NCBI GenBank assembly: GCA_044236265.1
Contig: JBIIGV010000004.1
Coordinates: 1-56,845 of the forward strand
Source: Oligoflexales bacterium
Lineage (GTDB): Bacteria > Bdellovibrionota_B > Oligoflexia > Oligoflexales > RGVZ01
Reading direction: 5' to 3'
DNA: 56,845 nt
Part shown: in pieces, positions 1 through 8,335 of the stretch
Layout: each line of letters starts with the position of its first letter
How positions within the stretch are numbered: position 1 is the first letter of the stretch
The notes under the pieces: model-generated
The model's database searches: none
Told to the model about the DNA's origin: nothing
The model's input: only the letters and a program-made list of their open reading frames with translations
Program-made: the position numbers and the translations under genes

Positions 1-1
1 T

Positions 2-37
2 CCTGAAGGATCCATCGTTGTCGTGGCTACTGAGTAA
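2..37 (+). CDS. 3' end of an upstream gene (partial, ...PEGSIVVVATE*)
   Basis: Open frame from the window edge to TAA at 35-37. It resembles the last repeat (PPEGAKIRAEW) of the vWA protein at 50321-51724. Only 11 codons are visible. Confidence 0.3.
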   Translation, partial: PEGSIVVVATE

Positions 38-102
38 TGAGGGACCGGTTTCATCTCCACGGATTCGCACTGAATTGTTATCATTTAAACGGCAGAGCGA
101 TC

Positions 103-1434
103 ATGGACAAAAATGGCTATAAGCAGATCGCACCTCATGAGGCGATTGAGCTCATCACAGATAACTCAACTGTTGCTGTATCGCACGCCTCAGGTGAAGC
201 TAGACATTTTTATCAGTTGATACACACCAGGGCCACGCAACTCCGAGGTGTCAACATTTACGGAGCCAATCCAACCCAGCTGTATCCATGCTTCCAGGAA
301 AAAGATCTCAGTGCTCACATTAACTTTGATTTAATGTTTTTGAATAAATCAGTTCGGCAGACAAAAAATATACCCCATGTTCAATACGTTCCAAGTCACA
401 TGTCTCGCTGGTCCCGACACATTTGCAGTTCAGCAGCGCGTAAAAAAAACCTTTCCCCGGATCAAAACGAGTCAGCACCGTTGGATATTTTTTGGGGAAG
501 TTGCTCGCCTCCGAACGAAGATGGATTCGTCAGCCTCGGACTTAACGCCGTTTATGAGGCAGAACTAATCCACAAGGCTCGTATCGTTATTCTTGAAATG
601 AACCCACTTATGCCGTTCACCTTTGGAGCAACATTATTTCCATCAAATAAGATTGACTTCGTTATTCCTCAAGATGCGCCGCCGCCGTCACACGACGCAG
701 CAACTCCGGAAGCTGAGGACCTAAAAATTGGTGAGTATGTGGCAGAACTCGTTAATAACGGCTCAACGATCCAGCTCGGAATCGGAGCCATACCAAACGC
801 GATTGGCCAGTCATTATCCAGTCACAAGCACCTCGGTGTTCACACGGAGATGATTAACGATGCCATTATGAATCTCACCAAACAAGGCGTCATCGATGGC
901 AGCGCTAAGACAATTTGGGGCGGGAAGATTATTGGAGCCTTTGCCTACGGTACGAGAGATCTGTATCAGTTCATGCATAAAAATCCCAAGATCGAGTTGC
1001 ACCCTGCCTCTCTGATCAACGACAGAGCCTCGATTGCAAAAAATTACAAAATGACATCGATCAATACGGCAATTGAAATCGATCTCACCGGTCAGGTTTG
1101 TTCAGAGTCCATCGGTCACGGCGAAATAAGTGGGACGGGCGGTGCAAGTGATACTCACGTGAGCGCACAGTTCTCGCCCGGCGGACGGGGCATTATTGCT
1201 CTTCGCTCAACCACTCGGGATCAACGGCGTTCAAAAATAGTTCCTTCGTTGGCAGATGGTGCCAAGGTTTCAATTCATCGCAACGACGTCGATACAATTG
1301 TGACTGAGTATGGAATTGCCGAGCTCTCCGGTAAAAACACAAGTGAGCGCGTGCGATCCCTGATCGCAATTGCACATCCAAAATTTCGCGACGAGCTTTT
1401 CTTTACAGCAAAAAAATTCGGCTACTGCTCCTGA
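103..1434 (+). CDS. Acetyl-CoA hydrolase/transferase family protein (4-hydroxybutyrate CoA-transferase-like)
   Basis: Motifs GSTIQLGIGAIPNA, LGVHTEM, SINTAIEIDLTGQVCSES, SGTGGASD, DTIVTEYGIAEL and AHPKFRDEL. ATG 103 is preferred over ATG 37. Confidence 0.9.
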   Translation: MDKNGYKQIAPHEAIELITDNSTVAVSHASGEARHFYQLIHTRATQLRGVNIYGANPTQLYPCFQEKDLSAHINFDLMFLNKSVRQTKNIPHVQYVPSHMSRWSRHICSSAARKKNLSPDQNESAPLDIFWGSCSPPNEDGFVSLGLNAVYEAELIHKARIVILEMNPLMPFTFGATLFPSNKIDFVIPQDAPPPSHDAATPEAEDLKIGEYVAELVNNGSTIQLGIGAIPNAIGQSLSSHKHLGVHTEMINDAIMNLTKQGVIDGSAKTIWGGKIIGAFAYGTRDLYQFMHKNPKIELHPASLINDRASIAKNYKMTSINTAIEIDLTGQVCSESIGHGEISGTGGASDTHVSAQFSPGGRGIIALRSTTRDQRRSKIVPSLADGAKVSIHRNDVDTIVTEYGIAELSGKNTSERVRSLIAIAHPKFRDELFFTAKKFGYCS

Positions 1435-1462
1435 CAAGGAGAGCAAGATCTCTAACTGAACC

Positions 1463-1873
1463 TCACTGACCGAAGACTTTGCAAGATCCGTCTAAGCAGA
1501 TAATTTTTGAACCATCTATGATGCTACCACTGACGGATTCACGAACTGCGGTTTCGGGCGCTCCTTGGCTCAAGAACTCATAAACGACCGTTGCGATTTT
1601 ACTACCGCCGCCGCTAGTACATCCTAAGAAGGCTACACTTATGACTCGAGACGATGCGCTCGGGATCGTATCCTTGACATGTCCCTTCTCACACTGACCA
1701 TTGGCCACAGCATCAAACCGAAGCTTGACCGGCTGAGAGGACTGATTGTCGATCGCAATGGTATAGGTTCTAGAGCGCGGAGCCTCTTGAGACGCGTTTC
1801 CACCACATCCTGACAATAATAGTAGAGAACCAATAGCTAACAGCAGCAGGGAAACCATGACTCGCCGTGCCAT
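1463..1873 (-). CDS. Small hypothetical lipoprotein
   Basis: MARR, then a hydrophobic stretch and lipobox LSGC. The mature part is beta-rich with 4 further Cys. The start may extend to 1921. Confidence 0.65.
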   Translation of the reverse strand: MARRVMVSLLLLAIGSLLLLSGCGGNASQEAPRSRTYTIAIDNQSSQPVKLRFDAVANGQCEKGHVKDTIPSASSRVISVAFLGCTSGGGSKIATVVYEFLSQGAPETAVRESVSGSIIDGSKIICLDGSCKVFGQ

Positions 1874-2129
1874 TAAAGTCATACATTCAGCAAAAAATAC
1901 GGTCGGTTGATTATGGCTCATGACCTCAAAGCTCCCTTAAACCAGTTCCAAGATCCTGACTTTCCAAACCCTTGCTGGGTAACATGCGCCTAAATTTGAG
2001 TCAAAAGGTTTAATAGATGACTGATCCCTGGAGGGCTTAACCCCCCCTGATTAGCCCCCAATCTGGGGGTCAGGTTTTTTACAGTCTGCTTAAAACCGTC
2101 GATTAATTAGACAGTCTTATGGGCCAAGC

Positions 2130-2142
2130 CAATCTGCTGATT
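2130..2142 (-). promoter_or_regulatory. Putative IHF binding site
   Basis: Minus strand AATCAGCAGATTG fits WATCARNNNNTTR. It has an adjacent AT tract and lies between the putative enhancer and the sigma54 promoter. Confidence 0.45.
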
Positions 2143-2200
2143 TTTATTAAATAACTGAAATTATTGTTATTTTTTAGATTCCATCACTTTTCCTAATACA

Positions 2201-2216
2201 TGGCACACCCCTTGCT
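2201..2216 (+). promoter_or_regulatory. Sigma54 (RpoN) -24/-12 promoter
   Basis: TGGCAC-ACCCC-TTGCT is an exact match to TGGCAC-N5-TTGCW, 35 nt upstream of ATG 2251. Confidence 0.8.
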
Positions 2217-2250
2217 TCGTAAAAGACACCACATTTTAGGAGGACTGATC

Positions 2251-2931
2251 ATGAAACCGGCACTACGCACTACATTAGGATTATTTATATCCATGACCCC
2301 AATATTGATGTCCACGGCAGCTGAGGCGCGCCGGGGCGACCGAGAAGGATTGAACTTCGGTTCTTCGGTTCGCATCATGGACAGCGACGATCGGGGCGAA
2401 TCAAGCACACTGAACAGCAATAACACCCGTACCAAAAGCGCGGGTCAGGCGTTCAGTCCGTATGTCGGTTACGCATTCGGTCCTATGAACCTCGGCCTTA
2501 TGATCAATATTGAAAGCAAATATGAAGAGTTCACCGAGACCAGCACGACCAGTAATCAGCAATTAAGTCGCGATGCGACAACTGCAAGCAAGGCTATCAG
2601 TCTGTTCTCGCGCTTCAATTTCGGTAAAATCATGTATTTGGAAGCAGGCGCAGGCATTTACAGCCAAACGACCTCGGTGCACACAGAGCTCCGCTCAGTT
2701 AATGGTGGAACGTTCTCGGGCTCAAGCGATGATTACAAGCTTCAGGGAATCGGCCCAGGATACCATACAGGTATCGGTATGGAGCTTCCTGCATCGAATG
2801 GGTTCTACTTCACGGGCTCCTATAAAGTTCACAACTATATGTTGCGTGATACTGTAAAGAGCAGCTACGGTAGTGTGATCGGCAGCCAGCAAAAGCGTGA
2901 GCTTTCGTTCGGAATCTCGTACTACAACTAA
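2251..2931 (+). CDS. Outer-membrane beta-barrel protein (small, probably 8-stranded)
   Basis: SD AGGAGG before ATG 2251, signal peptide ending AEA, amphipathic strands (YLEAGAGIY, FYFTGSYKV) and C-terminal beta-signal ELSFGISYYN. Confidence 0.75.
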   Translation: MKPALRTTLGLFISMTPILMSTAAEARRGDREGLNFGSSVRIMDSDDRGESSTLNSNNTRTKSAGQAFSPYVGYAFGPMNLGLMINIESKYEEFTETSTTSNQQLSRDATTASKAISLFSRFNFGKIMYLEAGAGIYSQTTSVHTELRSVNGGTFSGSSDDYKLQGIGPGYHTGIGMELPASNGFYFTGSYKVHNYMLRDTVKSSYGSVIGSQQKRELSFGISYYN

Positions 2932-2952
2932 GATGCTGCCTTACGGTAGAAC

Positions 2953-3330
2953 ATGGGCTCCTTAGAGGAATCAAAGAAATCAGGTTTATATGATCAGATA
3001 GGCCACGCCTTCATTGCGAAGGCCGTGGCCGAATTCTATAAGCGCGCCTTCGCCGACGTCATGATCGGTCACTTCTTTTTTAATTCAGATATCAATCACA
3101 TCACAGAACAACAAATTACATTTGTCACAGCCATGATGGGCGGACCATCTCGCTACACTGGCAAACCCCTGAAGCCTGCCCACAAACCATTTAAAATCCG
3201 ACTCGTTCACTTCAATCGCAGGCAGGTCCTGATGAGAGAGGTCCTGCAGGACTTAGGGTTGGCACCGGACCTCACCGATGCCTGGCTTGCCTTGGAAGAT
3301 CAATTCCGACAGGTTATTATAAATGCTTAG
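2953..3330 (+). CDS. Group I truncated hemoglobin (2/2 globin)
   Basis: LYDQIG, FY..AFAD..IGHFF, MMGGPSRYTGKPLKPAH (proximal His); 125 aa. Confidence 0.85.
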   Translation: MGSLEESKKSGLYDQIGHAFIAKAVAEFYKRAFADVMIGHFFFNSDINHITEQQITFVTAMMGGPSRYTGKPLKPAHKPFKIRLVHFNRRQVLMREVLQDLGLAPDLTDAWLALEDQFRQVIINA

Positions 3331-3346
3331 ATGAAAGGCCCTTATC

Positions 3347-4723
3347 ATGGACGATAGAGCCAAAACCATAGAAGCTCAGCTCCGCTCAGTTTTTCGCACA
3401 GGGGCCACTCTCAAGGTCGAGCACCGCGAGACGATGCTGATTAATCTCAAAAAAGAGATCCTCAAACTGGAGCCAGAAATCTTTGCTGCTCTACACCAAG
3501 ATTTGGGCAAATGTGAGTTTGAGGCAAGAGCCACCGAGACAGGCTTTACAGTCAGCGACATCAACCACACACTCGACCAACTTGAAGAATGGACGAGCAT
3601 CACTCAGTCTCTAGCCCCTATTGCATCCCAACCAGCAAGCACGAGAGTGATACCCAGCCCAAAAGGGACTGTCTTGATTATCGCCCCCTGGAACTACCCG
3701 TTCCAACTCTCCATTGCTCCATTAGTCTCTGCAATCGCAGCTGGGAATACGGTCGCCGTAAAACCAAGTGAGCTCACACCCAATGTTTCCAAGATCATCA
3801 AAAAACTGATTGATCACGCATTCCCTGCTGGAGAAGTACAGTGCGTACTCGGCGGTGTTGACGTTTCAACTGAGCTTCTACGCCAGCCGTTTAATCATTT
3901 CTTCTTCACGGGTGGTGCAAAAGTCGGAAAGATTGTTGCTCATGCGGCAGCCGAGCAATTAGCTGGAGTCACTTTAGAGCTTGGCGGGAAAAGTCCGTGT
4001 ATCGTCGACAAGTCAGCAGAAATTACGCAAACAGCGAGACGAATTGCATGGGGTAAAGCACTTAATGCTGGGCAGACATGCGTCGCACCAGATTATGTCA
4101 TTGTCCATGCAGACATCCATGATGCCCTCGTGGACGCGCTAAAAACTGAGTGGAAATCATTCTACGGCGATGATCCGGAAACAAGTCCGGACTATGGCCG
4201 AATCGTCAACGAGCAACACTTTGATCGACTGGACGCCATTCTTAAAGCGACCAAAGGCAATATTCACGGTGGACGACGTCACCGAGATCGCCGATTCATC
4301 GAGCCAACTCTATTAACCGGAGTGGACACTAAAGACGCTTCGATGTCAGAAGAAATTTTTGGTCCAATTCTTCCGATTTTTAAGTGGAATAAGTACGCCG
4401 ATATCGACTTTATTTTGGAGCAGCATCCGGATCCGCTTGCTCTTTATGTATTCACCGAGACCTCTTCGTTTGCTGACAGATTTCTTACGCAACACTCATT
4501 TGGAGGTGGATGCGTCAATCATATTGCGCATCATCTCGGAAGCCCTAACCTACCATTCGGAGGTGTTCGTACCAGCGGTGTGGGTCAATATCATGGTAAG
4601 TATGGGTTTGACACGTTCACCCATTACAAAGGTATTCTCGATGCCAGCACAAAGTTTGATGTAAAACTAAAGTACCCGCCCTATGGCCAACGCGCAGGAC
4701 TGCTGCGCTGGCTATACAGGTGA
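3347..4723 (+). CDS. Aldehyde dehydrogenase (ALDH3-like family)
   Basis: IAPWNYPFQL, KPSE, FFTGG, TLELGGKSP, NAGQTCVAPDY (catalytic Cys), EEIFGPILP and LPFGGV. Confidence 0.95.
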   Translation: MDDRAKTIEAQLRSVFRTGATLKVEHRETMLINLKKEILKLEPEIFAALHQDLGKCEFEARATETGFTVSDINHTLDQLEEWTSITQSLAPIASQPASTRVIPSPKGTVLIIAPWNYPFQLSIAPLVSAIAAGNTVAVKPSELTPNVSKIIKKLIDHAFPAGEVQCVLGGVDVSTELLRQPFNHFFFTGGAKVGKIVAHAAAEQLAGVTLELGGKSPCIVDKSAEITQTARRIAWGKALNAGQTCVAPDYVIVHADIHDALVDALKTEWKSFYGDDPETSPDYGRIVNEQHFDRLDAILKATKGNIHGGRRHRDRRFIEPTLLTGVDTKDASMSEEIFGPILPIFKWNKYADIDFILEQHPDPLALYVFTETSSFADRFLTQHSFGGGCVNHIAHHLGSPNLPFGGVRTSGVGQYHGKYGFDTFTHYKGILDASTKFDVKLKYPPYGQRAGLLRWLYR

Positions 4724-4751
4724 AAGTCGTCCACAAGTTTTTGACCATCGA

Positions 4752-5924
4752 TCACTTTATCAATTTGGCAAGATCATCTAGCTGACGCTTCGCGTAAGAC
4801 GGTAAACCTGCGCGACTCGCAGCTCCATAAGACTGTACCATACTACTCTCCAGTGCAGACAAACACTGGGCTGCCAGGGACTTGTCTTTTCCCTTGCGCA
4901 CACAACCTTCATAGTAGGTATCTTGAAGAGTCCATAGATTTAAATCTCTGAGGTACTCAGCCGACTGACCTGCGAACCAAAGCATCTGCTGCTCGTTATC
5001 GCCACCACGAGAGCGTCCAAGGAGATCATGCAGTATGGCAGATGCGCGCATATATTCGATCAATGCTCCGCCAGGCACTTTCTTGGCAATGGTCTCCCCA
5101 TCGCGAATTAACCTCTTGGCAAGCTCGAGGCGTTCTTTATCGCTCATACTAGGTGGACGTCTCTCTGCGCTCCAAGCCTTCGCCGACTCCCGCCACATCG
5201 CGATATCACCACGAAGGGATGGAGGAATGTTTTCAGGAGAATCTTGAATCCGACTGAGTAATTCCGTCGTTAAACTTGGATCTTTTTCAACCCTTACAGA
5301 AATAGCGAGCATCTTTCGCACAGCCATGTCCCATGCTTCGGGATCGGACTTTGCAAGAGGTTTATCGACGATTACGTGCTCATATTGTTTGAGTGCATCA
5401 GAGAATTGGCGAGTCGCTGCTAAATATTCAGCCTTAGTCAACGCCGGCAGGGATTTAAATCGCTGCGACTGGATCACATCCGATAGGTGCAGACCTTTAC
5501 TAGTGCGTGTATGACAACTGATACAGTAATCGGTCACATTGCGCATCAGCCGCCTCGGAACCACGCGGTCTCCTGAATTCCACATGTCGATGGACATTCG
5601 AATATCATGGTCAAATTTTTCAGCGATGAAGGGAATACTTGGGTCGTTGTCGGCAAACTTCTTGGTGCTGACAACCATCTTTCCTGACAGGTCCTGCATA
5701 CGGTTCATAAGGGACACGATCTCTCGTGCATTTTTTGGATCTTCAAACGAAGCCTTGTTTAAAACCAACGGCAAAAAATCGCTCAGCGCAACGAACAGAC
5801 CTCCCATCTCTTGACGAATGGGTGCTCCGCTATCCGCAGGATTGCCTTTTTTGGTGGCTGCTTGGAGGCCCATACTCGACAACATCGTAAACAGCACGGC
5901 ACCGAGTTTTATCGATCGCATCAT
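4752..5924 (-). CDS. Secreted monoheme c-type cytochrome with helical/TPR-like C-terminal region
   Basis: SD GGGGAGG 6 nt before ATG 5924, signal peptide, single CISCH at the end of a helical domain, then an all-alpha region. Confidence 0.65.
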   Translation of the reverse strand: MMRSIKLGAVLFTMLSSMGLQAATKKGNPADSGAPIRQEMGGLFVALSDFLPLVLNKASFEDPKNAREIVSLMNRMQDLSGKMVVSTKKFADNDPSIPFIAEKFDHDIRMSIDMWNSGDRVVPRRLMRNVTDYCISCHTRTSKGLHLSDVIQSQRFKSLPALTKAEYLAATRQFSDALKQYEHVIVDKPLAKSDPEAWDMAVRKMLAISVRVEKDPSLTTELLSRIQDSPENIPPSLRGDIAMWRESAKAWSAERRPPSMSDKERLELAKRLIRDGETIAKKVPGGALIEYMRASAILHDLLGRSRGGDNEQQMLWFAGQSAEYLRDLNLWTLQDTYYEGCVRKGKDKSLAAQCLSALESSMVQSYGAASRAGLPSYAKRQLDDLAKLIK

Positions 5925-6125
5925 TAAAAGCCTCCCCCATCGCAGTTCAATAGACCCTAAAACCATGATGCATGGGGCAGGCCAAATGAGCAAAACACTC
6001 AACATTTCAGCCGTTTATCATAATTATTAGAATTAAATATTTCTTTTAAAATCAAATAAAATCATTGACTCAAACAGCGTAAAATAATAGAACCATTCAT
6101 GATTTGGGACCTTTGGAGGTGCTTT

Positions 6126-6917
6126 GTGTCTACCCGCAAACAGCAAACTCATAGCCTGCTCAACGCTGCAGCAGCCATCCTGATCGCTCTCTCGACATTC
6201 TCTAGCTGCGGAGCACCGCAGCCAAGCAAATTGGACATTATTGGCGGCACCCCGGTTGAAGAGCAAGACCCTCTTGCAAAGCACGTTGCAGCAATTGTTA
6301 CAGCGAATCATACGGTTCACTGTTCAGCTGTTGCTATCGACACGTCAACCTTCCTGACAGCCGCACACTGTATCTACGGCAGAAATTTGCAAGGATGGAA
6401 AATTAAAAGTGGCCTTAAGGCCGGAGATGAAGAGTCGCTTGACGTCATCTCAGGAGATGCCCATCCCAAATATGATCCGTCCATGATGCGAACACTGACG
6501 CCAGATCTTCCTCCTTATGATTTAGCGGTGATTAAGACGGCAGAAGCTGCGCGCTCGATCATTCCAGTCCCCATTATTCGTAAACAACTGAATCTTTTCG
6601 CTCAATCAGAGCTAAACGTTACAGTCGCTGGTTACGGGCGTACCGACGGACAAGACCCAATGTCGACTGGCAGGCTGCAAAAAGCATCATTAAATATCAG
6701 CGGTTTCAATAAAGTTGCGCGAGAATTCACAACCCGCGACGACGACGGAAAAATGGGCTGTCATGTCGACTCTGGAGCTCCGGCATTCATGAATATTGGC
6801 AAACGTCTGACTCTTGTGGGGCTTGTGTCCCGTGGCGACCGCAAATGCTCGTCAGGCACAACCGTGTTTACCGATATTTCAGAACAGTCAGACTATGTGG
6901 CGATTATTCCCGATTAA
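6126..6917 (+). CDS. Trypsin-like (S1) serine protease lipoprotein
   Basis: SD GGAGG before GTG 6126, lipobox FSSC, IIGG, LTAAHC, DLAVI and CHVDSGAP. Confidence 0.85.
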   Translation: MSTRKQQTHSLLNAAAAILIALSTFSSCGAPQPSKLDIIGGTPVEEQDPLAKHVAAIVTANHTVHCSAVAIDTSTFLTAAHCIYGRNLQGWKIKSGLKAGDEESLDVISGDAHPKYDPSMMRTLTPDLPPYDLAVIKTAEAARSIIPVPIIRKQLNLFAQSELNVTVAGYGRTDGQDPMSTGRLQKASLNISGFNKVAREFTTRDDDGKMGCHVDSGAPAFMNIGKRLTLVGLVSRGDRKCSSGTTVFTDISEQSDYVAIIPD

Positions 6918-6996
6918 ATAAGTCTAGACTCGATTTAATCTTGGGTGCATAGGTTCTTCAACACACAACCCTTTGCCGGGTTCTGAAGGAGATACT

Positions 6997-8133
6997 ATGG
7001 CGACCTTGAAACAATCCTACTTTGTACTTTTTATCTTGTTCACAGTCTCGACCGGATGCGGCAATCGAGCGCAAATCTCCAAACTACGCGAGCAGTGGAA
7101 TCCAGCCAATGATCCACTCAGGATGTTACCTGATAACTTTGAAAGATCATTTTCCGAACTCGCGACAGACGCCCAATCGTCAAAAAATCCATGGTCTGAC
7201 AGTTACTGGCCCACGTCTGCCGGGGGCCTGGCTTATCGGTGGAATGACACTGATTCATCGATGAATGAAGCATTTATATATCAACCGTACTCACTAAACC
7301 AGCTGCGCCGCATGAGCTCTGCAGATTTGTCAAAACTATCTCCTGCAGAAAAATTTGATATCTTGAACGCGGCGTATCATTATCCCCTTCTGAATGCAGA
7401 GCGTCGTCGGACGAATCCTGACGCACCGGGTTGGGAAGGTTTGTGTCACGGTTGGGCATCGGCAGCACTAAATTTTAAAGAGCCGAAATCACTTATCGTC
7501 AAGAATCCAGATGGAATCGCAATTCCCTTCGGCGCTGCAGATGTTAAGGCCTTGTTAGCCCTTTACGTTGGAAACTACGGCAATGCACGAACGTACTTTG
7601 TCGCAGAACGCTGCGAGTATAATTTCGCTGAAAATCCCAGGGCAAAGCGGCGACCCGAGTGTCGCGATGCCAATGCCGGGATGTTCCACCTGGTTCTTGC
7701 CAACAAAATTGGGATTGATAAAAAGGGGTTTGTAGCGGATCTCAATCGGGAACAGCAGGTTTGGAATCAGCCCATCGTTTCATTTACCTCGGAAAGACTC
7801 TCCGAACGGGATGGGGCCAGTCGTGGCGCTGCACCTGGCACGGTCAAGGAAGTCACGCTGAAGACCGTGATCGGCTATGCCGTAGAAACCATGCCGGAAT
7901 GGGATGCAGGCATTGTCAACGAATCAAAACGAGAATATAAGTATCAGCTTGAACTTGATGCCGGCGGTGACGTCATAGGCGGTGCTTGGCTAGAAGAAAC
8001 GAGGCCAGACTTTTTATGGGTCCAGGAAAGGACAGCTTTCTATGATTTTGGGTCCATTAAGTTCAGTAGTCTCGAGAAGCTATATCGGGAGTCCACAAAC
8101 TCTAATGGAATCGCAAACCCCGTAAATCAATAA
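6997..8133 (+). CDS. Transglutaminase-elicitor (GP42-like) family lipoprotein
   Basis: SD AAGGAG, lipobox STGC, PWSDSYWP, LSPAEKFD, WEGLCHGWASAA (catalytic Cys motif), QVWNQP and PDFLW. Confidence 0.75.
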   Translation: MATLKQSYFVLFILFTVSTGCGNRAQISKLREQWNPANDPLRMLPDNFERSFSELATDAQSSKNPWSDSYWPTSAGGLAYRWNDTDSSMNEAFIYQPYSLNQLRRMSSADLSKLSPAEKFDILNAAYHYPLLNAERRRTNPDAPGWEGLCHGWASAALNFKEPKSLIVKNPDGIAIPFGAADVKALLALYVGNYGNARTYFVAERCEYNFAENPRAKRRPECRDANAGMFHLVLANKIGIDKKGFVADLNREQQVWNQPIVSFTSERLSERDGASRGAAPGTVKEVTLKTVIGYAVETMPEWDAGIVNESKREYKYQLELDAGGDVIGGAWLEETRPDFLWVQERTAFYDFGSIKFSSLEKLYRESTNSNGIANPVNQ

Positions 8134-8152
8134 GTCAATGGGAGTGTAGATC

Positions 8153-8335
8153 ATGACAGATACCAAAGAAAATCAAACAAAAGACCACGATGTGCCTCAC
8201 GTACATGGGCCAAACTGTAATCATGGACATCATCATGATCATAGCCCATACGTTAGAGTAACGCCAAAAGTTGGCGCTAATGATCCTTGCCACTGTGGCA
8301 GCGGTAAAAAATTCAAAAAGTGCTGTCGCAAATAA
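8153..8335 (+). CDS. SEC-C motif small protein with His-rich N-terminus
   Basis: [20 protein letters not shown] and [19 protein letters not shown]. Confidence 0.85.
   Translation: MTDTKENQTKDHDVPHVHGPNCNHGHHHDHSPYVRVTPKVGANDPCHCGSGKKFKKCCRK

Noticed and set aside
2046..2080. Hairpin with T-tract as a terminator
   Set aside because: No plus-strand gene lies upstream and it overlaps the putative enhancer boxes. An sRNA terminator cannot be excluded.
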